In this document: positions 38,221 through 51,500 of the stretch, in pieces
Layout of the letters: each line of letters starts with the position of its first letter
How positions within the stretch are numbered: position 1 is the first letter of the stretch
Assembly: GCF_009914755.1 (NCBI RefSeq)
Contig: NC_060948.1
Length of the DNA: 64,000 nucleotides
Origin: the human T2T-CHM13v2.0 reference genome, Homo sapiens
Direction: 5' to 3' (one strand)
Made by a program: the position numbers and the translations under genes
Notes under the pieces: model-generated
The model's input: only the letters and a program-made list of their open reading frames with translations
The model's database searches: none
Told to the model about the DNA's origin: nothing

Positions 38221-41080
38221 GAACAAAATCGAATTGAATGGACTTGAATGGAATTGAGTCGAAAGGAATTGACTGGAAAGGAATGGACTGGAACAAAAAG
38301 GAATCAAATGGACAGGAATGGAATGGAATGGACTCGAATGGAATGGAGTCAAATGCAAACGCATCGAATGGAATGGATTCAAATGGAATGCAATTGAATG
38401 GAATAGAAAGGAAGAGAATGGAATTGAGAGTAATGGAAAGATATCGATTGGAATGAAATGGAATGGAAAGGAATTGAATGGAAAGGAATGGACTCGAAAG
38501 AAATGGATTGGAATGGAATGGTCTCCAATGGAATGGACTGGAGTGGAATGCAATCGAATGGAAAGAAAAGAATGGAACGGAATGGAACGGAAAGGAATAG
38601 AATGTTATGGAATCCGATTGAACAGAATGGAATGGAATGCAGTTTCATGAAATGGAGTCGAATATAGTGGCATCAAAAGGAATGGAATGGAGTGGACTCA
38701 AAAGGAATGGACTCGAAAGGAATGGAGTCGAACCAAATTGAATCAAATGGATTGGAGTCGAACAGAATGGAATGGAATGGAATGAACTCGACTGGACTAG
38801 AGAGGAATGAAAAGGAATAGAATGGAATGTAATCAAATGGATTGCAAGTGAATGGAATCAAAAATAATAGAAAGGAATGGAGTGTAAAGGGATGATATTG
38901 AATTAAATGGAATGGAATGGAATTTAATGGAATGGAGTCGAAGGAATGGACAGGAATGTAATGGACTCCAATGGAATGGAATGGATCAAAATGGATTTGA
39001 ACAGATTGGAATGGAACGGAATGGAATGCAATGAAATGGAACGGACTCGATCAGAACGGACTGGAGAGGAATGTACACAAATGGAATGGAAACGAAAGGA
39101 ATGGAATGAAATGGAATGGAATGCAATTGAATTGAAAGGAACGGAATCAAATGGAATGGAATGGAATGGAATGGATTGGAATAGAATGGATTCAAATAAA
39201 ATAGAATCGATTGCAATGGTATTGAATGGAAGGGACTGGAATGGAATGGAAAGCAATGGAAGATATTGGAATCGAATGGCATCGAATGAAATGGAATGGA
39301 ACGGAATGGAACAGACCCGAATGGAATGGAATGGACTCAAATGTAATGGACTCGAATGGAATCGACTGAAATATAATAGACTCGAAAGGAATGGCCTCGA
39401 GCGGAATTTATTTGAATAGAATGGAATCAAATGGAATACAATCGTATGGAATGGAATCGAATGGAATGGAATCGAATGGAATGTAATCAAATGGAATGGA
39501 ACGGAATTCAATATAATGGAGTAGAATGGAATGCATTGGAAAGGAGCAGAGTGGAATCGAGTGGATTGGAATCGAGTGGAATGGAATCAAAGGGAACGAA
39601 ATCGAATTGAATGGACTTGAATGGAATTGAGTCGAAAGGAATTGACTCGAAAGGAATGGACTGGAACAAAAAGGAATCAAATGGACAGGAATGGAATGGA
39701 AGGGACTCGAATGGAATGGAGTCAAAAGCAAACGCATCGAATGGAATGCATTCAAATGGAATGCAATTGAATGGAATAGAAAGGAAGAGAATGGAATTGA
39801 GAGTAATGGAAAGATATCGATTGGAATGAAATGGAATGGAAAGGAATTGAATGGAAAGGAATGGACTCGAAAGAAATGGATTGGAATGGAATGGTCTCCA
39901 ATGGAATGGACTGGAGTGGAATGGAATCGAAAGGAAAGAAAAGAATGGAACGGAATGGAACGGAAAGGAATAGAATGTTATGGAATCCGATTGGACAGAA
40001 TGGAATGGAATGCAGTTTCATGAAATGGAGTCGAATAGAGTGGCATCAAAAGGAATGGAATGGAGTGGACTCAAAAGGAATGGACTCGAAAGGAATGGAG
40101 TCGAACCAAATTGAATCAAATGGATTGGAGTCGAACAGAATGGAATGGAATGGAATGAACTCGACTGGAGTAGAGAGGAATGAAAAGGAATAGAATGGAA
40201 TGTAATCAAATGGATTGCAAGTGAATGGAATCAAAAATAATAGAAAGGAATGGAGTGTAAAGGGATGATATTGAATTAAATGGAATGGAATGGAATTTAA
40301 TGGAATGGAGTCGAAGGAATGGACAGGAATGTAATGGACTCCAATGGAATGGAATGGATCAAAATGGATTTGAACAGATTGGAATCGAACGGAATGGAAT
40401 GCAATGAAATGGAACGGACTCGATCAGAACGGACTGGAGAGGAATGTACACAAATGGAATGGAAACGAAAGGAATGGAATGAAATGGAATGGAATGCAAT
40501 GGAATTGAAAGGAACAGAATCAAATGGAATGGAATGGAATGGAATGGATTGGAATAGAATGGATTCAAATAAAATAGAATCGATTGCAATGGTATTGAAT
40601 GGAAGGGACTTGAATGGAATGGAAAGCAATGGAAGATATTGGAATCGAATGGCATCGAATGAAATGGAATGGAACGGAATGGAACGGACCCGAATGGAAT
40701 CGAATGGACTCAAATGTAATGGACTCGAATGGAATCGACTGAAATATAATAGACTCGAAAGGAATGGCCTCGAGCGAAATTTATTTGAATAGAATGGAAT
40801 CAAATGGAATACAATAGTATGGAATGGAATCGAATGGAATGGAATCGAATGGAATGTAATCAAATGGAATGGAACGGAATTCAATATAATGGAGTAGAAT
40901 GGAATGCATTGGAAAGGAGCAGAGTGGAATCGAGTGGATTGGAATCGAGTGGAATGGAATCAAAGGGAACGAAATCGAATTGAATGGACTTGAATGGAAT
41001 TGAGTCGAAAGGAATTGACTCGAAAGGAATGGACTGGAACAAAAAGGAATCAAATGGACAGGAATGGAATGGAAGGGACT

Positions 41081-41140
41081 CGAATGGAATGGAGTCAAAT
41101 GCAAACGCATCGAATGGAATGGAGTCAAATGCAAACGCAT
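41081..41140 (+). repeat. Perfect 30-bp tandem duplication (cgaatggaatggagtcaaatgcaaacgcat x2), giving a 1403-bp unit
   Basis: Directly visible at 41081-41110 and 41111-41140. The landmark gcaaacgcat, single-copy in other units, appears twice. The anchor interval 40209 to 41612 is 1403. Confidence 0.95.
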
Positions 41141-44100
41141 CGAATGGAATGGATTCAAATGGAATGCAATTGAATGGAATAGAAAGGAAGAGAATGGAAT
41201 TGAGAGTAATGGAAAGATATCGATTGGAATGAAATGGAATGGAAAGGAATTGAATGGAAAGGAATGGACTCGAAAGAAATGGATTGGAATGGAATGGTCT
41301 CCAATGGAATGGACTGGAGTGGAATGGAATCGAATGGAAAGAAAAGAATGGAACGGAATGGAACGGAAAGGAATAGAATGTTATGGAATCCGATTGGACA
41401 GAATGGAATGGAATGCAGTTTCATGAAATGGAGTCGAATAGAGTGGCATCAAAAGGAATGGAATGGAGTGGACTCAAAAGGAATGGACTCGAAAGGAATG
41501 GAGTCGAACCAAATTGAATCAAATGGATTGGAGTCGAACAGAATGGAATGGAATGGAATGAACTCGACTGGAGTAGAGAGGAATGAAAAGGAATAGAATG
41601 GATTGTAATCAAATGGATTGCAAGTGAATGGAATCAAAAATAATAGAAAGGAATGGAGTGTAAAGGGATGATATTGAATTAAATGGAATGGAATGGAATT
41701 TAATGGAATGGAGTAGAAGGAATGGACAGGAATGTAATGGACTCCTATGGAATAGAATGGATCAAAATGGATTTGAACAGATTGGAATCGAAAGGAATGG
41801 AATGCAATGAAATGGAATGGACTCGATCAGAACGGATTGGAGAGTAATGTACACAAATGGAATGGAAACGAAAGGAATGCAATGAAAAGGAATGGAATGC
41901 AATGGAATTGAAAGGAACGGAATCAAATGGAATGGAATGGAATGGAATGGATTGGAATAGAATGGATTCAAATGAAATAGAATCGATTGCAATGGTATTG
42001 AATGGAAGGGACTTGAATGGAATGGAAAGGAATGGAAGATATTGGAATTGAATGGCATCGAATGAAATGGAATGGAACGGAATGGAACGGACCCGAAAGG
42101 TATGGAATGGAATCAAATGTAATGGACTCGAATGGAATCGACTGAAATATAATACACTCGAAAGGAATGGCCTCGAGCGGAATTTATTTGAATAGAATGG
42201 AATCAAATGGAATACAATAGTATAGAATGGAATCGAATGGAATGGAATCGAATGGAATGTAATCAAATGGAGTGGAACGGAATTCAATATAATGGAGTAG
42301 AATGGAATGCATTGGAAAGGAGCAGAGTGGAATCGAGTGGATTGGAATCGAGTGGAATGGAATCAAAGGGAACGAAATCGAATTGAATGTACTTGAATGG
42401 AATTGAGTCGAAAGGAATTGACTCGAAAGGAATGGACTGGAATAAAAAGGAATCAAATGGACAGGAATGGAATGGAATGGACTCGAATGGAATGGAGTCA
42501 AATGCAAACGCATCGAATGGAATGGATTCAAATGGAATGCAATTGAATGGAATAGAAAGGAAGAGAATGGAATTGAGAGTAATGGAAAGATATCGATTGG
42601 AATGAAATGGAATGGAAAGGAATTGAATGGAAAGGAATGGACTCGAAAGAAATGGATTGGAATGGAATGGTCTCCAATGGAATGGACTGGAGTGGAATGC
42701 AATCGAATGGAAAGAAAAGAATGGAACGGAATGGAACGGAAAGGAATAGAATGTTATGGAATCCGATTGAACAGAATGGAATGGAATGCAGTTTCATGAA
42801 ATGGAGTCGAATATAGTGGCATCAAAAGGAATGGAATGGAGTGGACTCAAAAGGAATGGACTCGAAAGGAATGGAGTCGAACCAAATTGAATCAAATGGA
42901 TTGGAGTCGAACAGAATGGAATGGAATGGAATGAACTCGACTGGAGTAGAGAGGAATGAAAAGGAATAGAATGGAATGTAATCAAATGGATTGCAAGTGA
43001 ATGGAATCAAAAATAATAGAAAGGAATGGAGTGTAAAGGGATGATATTGAATTAAATGGAATGGAATGGAATTTAATGGAATGGAGTCGAAGGAATGGAC
43101 AGGAATGTAATGGACTCAAATGGAATGGAATGGATCAAAATGGATTTGAACAGATTGGAATCGAACGGAATGGAATGCAATGAAATGGAATGGACTCGAT
43201 CAGAATGGACTGGAGAGGAATGTACACAAATGGAATGGAAACGAAAGGAATGGAATGAAATGGAATGGAATGCAATGGAATTGAAAGGAACGGAATCAAA
43301 TGGAATGGAATGGAATGGAATGGATTGGAATAGAATGGATTCAAATAAAATAGAATCGATTGCAATGGTATTGAATGGAAGGGACTTGAATGGAATGGAA
43401 AGCAATGGAAGATATTGGAATCGAATGGCATCGAATGAAATGGAATGCAACGGAATGGAACGGACCCGAATGGAATGGAATGGACTCAAATGTAATGGAC
43501 TCGAATGGAATCGACTGAAATATAATAGACTCGAAAGGAATGGCCTCGAGCGGAATTTATTTGAATAGAATGGAATCAAATGGAATACAATAGTATAGAA
43601 TGGAATCGAATGGAATGGAATCGAATGGAATGTAATCAAATGGAATGGAACGGAATTCAATATAATGGAGTAGAATGGAATGCATTGGAAAGGAGCAGAG
43701 TGGAATCGAGTGGATTGGAATCGAGTGGAATGGAATCAAAGGGAACGAAATCGAATTGAATGGACTTGAATGGAATTGAGTCGAAAGGAATTGACTGGAA
43801 AGGAATGGACTGGAACAAAAAGGAATCAAATGGACAGGAATGGAATGGAATGGACTCGAATGGAATGGAGTCAAATGCAAACGCATCGAATGGAATGGAT
43901 TCAAATGGAATGCAATTGAATGGAATAGAAAGTAAGAGAATGGAATTGAGATTAATGGAAAGATATCGATTGGAATGAAATGGAATGGAAAGGAATTGAA
44001 TGGAAAGGAATGGACTCGAAAGAAATGGATTGGAATGGAATGGTCTCCAATGGAATGGACTGGAGTGGAATGCAATCGAATGGAAAGAAAAGAATAGAAC

Positions 44101-45530
44101 GGAATGGAATGGAAAGGAATAGAATGTTATGGAATCCGATTGAACAGAATGGAATGGAATGCAGTTTCATGAAATGGAGTCGAATAGAGTGGCATGAAAA
44201 GGAATGGAATGGAGTGGACTCAAAAGGAATGGACTCGAAAGGAATGGAGTCGAACCAAATTGAATCAAATGGATTGGAGTCGAACAGAATGGAATGGAAT
44301 GGAATGAACTCGACTGGAGTAGAGAGGAATGAAAAGGAATAGAATGGAATGTAATCAAATGGATTGCAAGTGAATGGAATCAAAAATAATAGAAAGGAAT
44401 GGAGTGTAAAGGGATGATATTGAATTAAATGGAATGGAATGGAATTTAATGGAATGGAGTCGAAGGAATGGACAGGAATGTAATGGACTCCAATGGAATG
44501 GAATGGATCAAAATGGATTTGAACAGATTGGAATCGAACGGAATGGAATGCAATGAAATGGAATAGACTCGATCAGAACGGACTGGAGAGGAATGTACAC
44601 AAATGGAATGGAAACGAAAGGAATGGAATGAAATGGAATGGAATGCAATGGAATTGAAAGGAACGGAATCAAATGGAATGGAATGGAATGGAATGGATTG
44701 GAATAGAATGGATTCAAATAAAATAGAATCGATTGCAATGGTATTGAATGGAAGGGACTTGAATGGAATGGAAAGCAATGGAAGATATTGGAATCGAATG
44801 GCATCGAATGAAATGGAATGGAACGGAATGGAACGGACCCGAATGGAATGGAATGGACTCAAATGTAATGGACTCGAATGGAATCGACTGAAATATAATA
44901 GACTCGAAAGGAATGGCCTCGAGCGGAATTTATTTGAATAGAATGGAATCAAATGGAATACAATGGTATAGAATGGAATCGAATGGAATGGAATCGAATG
45001 GAATGTAATCAAATGGAATGGAACGGAATTCAATATAATGGAATAGAATGGAATGCATTGGAAAGGAGCAGAGTGGAATCGAGTGGATTGGAATCGAGTG
45101 GAATGGAATCAAAGGGAACGAAATCGAATTGAATGGACTTGAATGGAATTGAGTCGAAAGGAATTGACTGGAAAGGAATGGACTGGAACAAAAAGGAATC
45201 AAATGGACAGGAATGGAATGGAATGGACTCGAATGGAATGGAGTCAAATGCAAACGCATCGAATGGAATGGATTCAAATGGAATGCAATTGAATGGAATA
45301 GAAAGGAAGAGAATGGAATTGAGAGTAATGGAAAGATATCGATTGGAATGAAATGGAATGGAAAGGAATTGAATGGAAAGGAATGGACTCGAAAGAAATG
45401 GATTGGAATGGAATGGTCTCCAATGGAATGGACTGGAGTAGAATGCAATCGAATGGAAAGAAAAGAATGGAACGGAATGGAACGGAAAGGAATAGAATGT
45501 TATGGAATCCGATTGGAGAGAATGGAATGG

Positions 45531-45540
45531 AAGCAGTTTC
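45531..45540 (+). other. 1-bp deletion giving the only 1372-bp unit
   Basis: ggaagcagtttc here versus ggaatgcagtttc in other units. The anchor interval 44358 to 45730 is 1372. Confidence 0.85.
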
Positions 45541-48500
45541 ATGAAATGGAGTCGAATAGAGTGACATCAAAAGGAATGGAATGGAGTGGACTCAAAAGGA
45601 ATGGACTCGAAAGGAATGGAGTCGAACCAAATTGAATCAAATGGATTGGAGTCGAACAGAATGGAATGGAATGGAATGAACTCGACTGGAGTAGAGAGGA
45701 ATGAAAAGGAATAGAATGGAATGTAATCAAATGGATTGCAAGTGAATGGAATCAAAAATAATAGAAAGGAATGGAGTGTAAAGGGATGATATTGAATTAA
45801 ATGGAATGGAATGGAATTTAATGGAATGGAGTCGAAGGAATGGACAGGAATGTAATGGATTCCAATGGAATGGAATGGATCAAAATGGATTTGATCAGAT
45901 TGGAATCGAACGGAATGGAATGCAATGAAATGGAATGGACTCGATCAGAATGGACTGGAGAGGAATGTACACAAATGGAATGGAAACGAATGGAATGGAA
46001 TGAAATGGAATGGAATGCGATGGAATTGAAAGGAACGGAATCAAATGGAACGGAATGGAATGGAATGGAATGGATTGGAATAGAATGGATTCAAATAAAA
46101 TAGAATCGATTACAATGGTATTGAATGGAAGGGACTTGAATGGAATGGAAAGCAATGGAAGATATTGGAATCGAATCGCATCGAATGAAATGGAATGGAA
46201 CGGAATGGAACGGACTGGAATGGAATGGAATGGACTCAAATGTAATGGACTCGAATGGAATCGACTGAAATATAATAGACTCGAAAGGAATGGCCTCGAG
46301 CGGAATTTATTTGAATAGAATGGAATCAAATGGAATACAATAGTATGGAATGGAATCGAATGGAATGGAATCGAATGGAATGTAATCAAATGGAATGGAA
46401 CGGAATTCAATATAATGGAGTAGAATGGAATGCATTGGAAAGGAGCAGAGTGGAATCGAGTGGATTGGAATCGAGTGGAATGGAATCAAAGGGAACGAAA
46501 TCGAATTGAATGGACTTGAATGGAATTGAGTCGAAAGGAATTGACTCAAAAGGAATGGACTGGAACAAAAAGGAATCAAATGGACAGGAATGGAATGGAA
46601 TGGACTCGAATGGAATGGAGTCAAATGCAAACGCATCGAATGGAATGGATTCAAATGGAATGCAATTGAATGGAATAGAAAGGAAGAGAATGGAATTGAG
46701 AGTAATGGAAAGATATCGATTGGAATGAAATGGAATGGAAAGGAATTGAATGGAAAGGAATGGACTCGAAAGAAATGGATTGGAATGGAATGGTCTCCAA
46801 TGGAATGGACTGTAGTGGAATGGAATCGAATGGAAAGAAAAGAATGGAACGGAATGGAACGGAAAGGAATAGAATGTTATGGAATCCGATTGGACAGAAT
46901 GGAATGGAATGCAGTTTCATGAAATGGAGTCGAATAGAGTGGCATCAAAAGGAATGGAATGGAGTGGACTCAAAAGGAATGGACTCGAAAGGAATGGAGT
47001 CGAACCAAATTGAATCAAATGGATTGGAGTCGAACAGAATGGAATGGAATGGAATGAACTCGACTGGAGTAGAGAGGAATGAAAAGGAATAGAATGGATT
47101 GTAATCAAATGGATTGCAAGTGAATGGAATCAAAAATAATAGAAAGGAATGCAGTGTAAAGGGATGATATTGAATTAAATGGAATGGAATGGAATTTAAT
47201 GGAATGGAGTCGAAGGAATGGACAGGAATGTAATGGACTCCAATGGAATGGAATGGATCAAAATGGATTTGAACAGATTGGAATCGAACGGAATGGAATG
47301 CAATGAAATGGAATGGACTCGATCAGAACGGACAGGAGAGGAATGTACACAAATGGAATGGAAACGAATGGAATGGAATGAAATGGAATGGAATGCGATG
47401 GAATTGAAAGGAACGGAATCAAATGGAACGGAATGGAATGGAATGGAATGGATTGGAATAGAATGGATTCAAATAAAATAGAATCGATTACAATGGTATT
47501 GAATGGAAGGGACTTGAATGGAATGGAAAGCAATGGAAGATATTGGAATCGAATGGCATCGAATGAAATGGAATGGAACGGAATGGAACGGACTGGAATG
47601 GAATGGAATGGACTCAAATGTAATGGACTCGAATGGAATCGACTGAAATATAATAGACTCGAAAGGAATGGCCTCGAGCGGAATTTATTTGAATAGAATG
47701 GAATCAAATGGAATACAATAGTATGGAATGGAATCGAATGGAATGGAATCGAATGGAATGTAATCAAATGGAATGGAACGGAATTCAATATAATGGAGTA
47801 GAATGGAATGCATTGGAAAGGAGCAGAGTGGAATCGAGTGGATTGGAATCGAGTGGAATGGAATCAAAGGGAACGAAATCGAATTGAATGGACTTGAATG
47901 GAATTGAGTCGAAAGGAATTGACTCGAAAGGAATGGACTGGAACAAAAAGGAATCAAATGGACAGGAATGGAATGGAATGGACTCGAATGGAATGGAGTC
48001 AAATGCAAACGCATCGAATGGAATGGATTTAAATGGAATGCAATTGAATGGAATAGAAAGGAAGAGAATGGAATTGAGAGTAATGGAAAGATATCGATTG
48101 GAATGAAATTGAATGGAAAGGAATTGAATGGAAAGGAATGGACTCGAAAGAAATGGATTGGAATGGAATGGTCTCCAATGGAATGGACTGGAGTGGAATG
48201 CAATCGAATGGAAAGAAAAGAATGGAACGGAATGGAACGGAAAGGAATAGAATGTTATGGAATCCGATTGGACAGAATGGAATGGAATGCAGTTTCATGA
48301 AATGGAGTCGAATAGAGTGGCATGAAAAGGAATGGAATGGAGTGGACTCAAAAGGAATGGACTCGAAAGGAATGGAGTCGTACCAAATTGAATCAAATAG
48401 ATTGGAGTCGAACAGAATGGAATGGAATGGAATGAACTCGACTGGAGTAGAGAGGAATGAAAAGGAATAGAATGGAATGTAATCAAATGGATTGCAAGTG

Positions 48501-51500
48501 AATGGAATCAAAAATAATAGAAAGGAATGGAGTGTAAAGGGATGATATTGAATTAAATGGAATGGAATGGAATTTAATGGAATGGAGTCGAAGGAATGGA
48601 CAGGAATGTAATGGACTCCAATGGAATGGAATGGATCAAAATGGATTTGAACAGATTGGAATCGAACGGAATGGAATGCAATGAAATGGAATGGACTCGA
48701 TCAGAACGGACTGGAGAGGAATGTACACAAATGGAATGGAAACGAAAGGAATGGAATGAAATGGAATGGAATGCAATGGAATTGAAAGGAACGGAATCAA
48801 ATGGAATGGAATGGAATGGAATGGATTGGAATAGAATGGATTCAAATAAAATAGAATCGATTGCAATGGTATTGAATGGAAGGGACTGGAATGGAATGGA
48901 AACCAATGGAAGATATTGGAATCGAATGGCATCGAATGAAATGGAATGGAACGGAATGGAACAGACCCGAATGGAATGTAATGGACTCAAATGTAATGGA
49001 CTCGAATGGAATCGACTGAAATATAATAGACTCGAAAGGAATGGCCTCGAGCGGAATTTATTTGAATAGAATGGAATCAAATGGAATACAATGGTAGAGA
49101 ATGGAATCGAATGGAATGGAATCTAATGGAATGTAATCAAATGGAATGGAACGGAATTCAATATAATGGAGTAGAATGGAATGCATTGGAAAGGAGCAGA
49201 GTGGAATCGAGTGGATTGGAATCGAGTGGAATGGAATCAAAGGGAACGAAATCGAATTGAATGGACTTGAATGGAATTGAGTAGAAAGGAATTGACTCGA
49301 AAGGAATGGACTGGAACAAAAAGGAATCAAATGGACAGGAATGGAATGGAATGGACTCGAATGGAATGGAGTCAAATGCAAACGCATCGAATGGAATGGA
49401 TTCAAATGGAATGCAATTGAATGGAATAGAAAGGAAGAGAATGGAATTGAGAGTAATGGAAAGATATCGATTGGAATGAAATGGAATGGAAAGGAATTGA
49501 ATGGAAAGGAATGGACTCGAAAGAAATGGATTGGAATGGAATGGTCTCCAATGGAATGGACTGGAGTGGAATGCAATCGAATGGAAAGAAAAGAATGGAA
49601 CGGAATGGAACGGAAAGGAATAGAATGTTATGGAATCCGATTGAACAGAATGGAATGGAATGCAGTTTCATGAAATGGAGTCGAATAGAGTGGCATCAAA
49701 AGGAATGGAATGGAGTGGACTCAAAAGGAATGGACTCGAAAGGAATGGAGTCGAACCAAATTGAATCAAATGGATTGGAGTCGAACAGAATGGAATGGAA
49801 TGGAATGAACTCGACTGGAGTAGAGAGGAATGAAAAGGAATAGAATGGAATGTAATCAAATGGATTGCAAGTGAATGGAATCAAAAATAATAGAAAGGAA
49901 TGGAGTGTAAAGGGATGATATTGAATTAAATGGAATGGAATGGAATTTAATGGAATGGAGTCGAAGGAATGGACAGGAATGTAATGGACTCCAATGGAAT
50001 GGAATGGATCAAAATGGATTTGAACAGATTGGAATCGAACGGAATGGAATGCAATGAAATGGAATGGACTCGATCAGAACGGACTGGAGAGGAATGTACA
50101 CAAATGGAATGGAAACGAAAGGAATGGAATGAAATGGAATGGAATGCAATGGAATTGAAAGGAACGGAATCAAATGGAATGGAATGGAATGGAATGGATT
50201 GGAATAGAATGGATTCAAATAAAATAGAATCGATTGCAATGGTATTGAATGGAAGGGACTGGAATGGAATGGAAAGCAATGGAAGATATTGGAATCGAAT
50301 GGCATCGAATGAAACGGAATGGAACGGAATGGAACGGACCCGAATGGAATGGAATGGACTCAAATGTAATGGACTCGAATGGAATCGACTGAAATATAAT
50401 AGACTCGAAAGGAATGGCCTCGAGCGGAATTTATTTGAATAGAATGGAATCAAATGGAATACAATGGTATAGAATGGAATCTAATGGAATGGAATCGAAT
50501 GGAATGTAATCAAATGGAATGGAACGGAATTCAATATAATGGAGTAGAATGGAATGCATTGGAAAGGAGCAGAGTGGAATCGAGTGGATTGGAATCGAGT
50601 GGAATGGAATCAAAGGGAACGAAATCGAATTGAATGGACTTGAATGGAATTGAGTCGAAAGGAATTGACTCGAAAGGAATGGACTGGAACAAAAAGGAAT
50701 CAAATGGACAGGAATGGAATGGAATGGACTCGAATGGAATGGAGTCAAATGCAAACGCATCGAATGGAATGGATTCAAATGGAATGCAATTGAATGGAAT
50801 AGAAAGGAAGAGAATGGAATTGAGAGTAATGGAAAGATATCGATTGGAATGAAATGGAATGGAAAGGAATTGAATGGAAAGGAATGGACTCGAAAGAAAT
50901 GGATTGGAATGGAATGGTCTCCAATGGAATGGACTGGAGTGGAATGCAATTGAATGGAAAGAAAAGAATGGAACGGAATGGAACGGAAAGGAATAGAATG
51001 TTATGGAATCCGATTGAACAGAATGGAATGGAATGCAGTTTCATGAAATGGAGTCGAATATAGTGGCATCAAAAGGAATGGAATGGAGTGGACTCAAAAG
51101 GAATGGACTCGAAAGGAATGGAGTCGAACCAAATTGAATCAAATGGATTGGAGTCGAACAGAATGGAATGGAATGGAATGAACTCGACTGGAGTAGAGAG
51201 GAATGAAAAGGAATAGAATGGAATGTAATCAAATGGATTGCAAGTGAATGGAATCAAAAATAATAGAAAGGAATGGAGTGTAAAGGGAATATATTGAATT
51301 AAATGGAATGGAATGGAATTTAATGGAATGGAGTCGAAGGAATGGACAGGAATGTAATGGACTCCAATGGAATGGAATGGAACAAAATGGATTTGAACAG
51401 ATTGGAATCGAACGGAATGGAATGCAATGAAATGGAATGGACTCGATCAGAACGGACTGGAGAGGAATGTACACAAATGGAATGGAAACGAAAGGAATGG

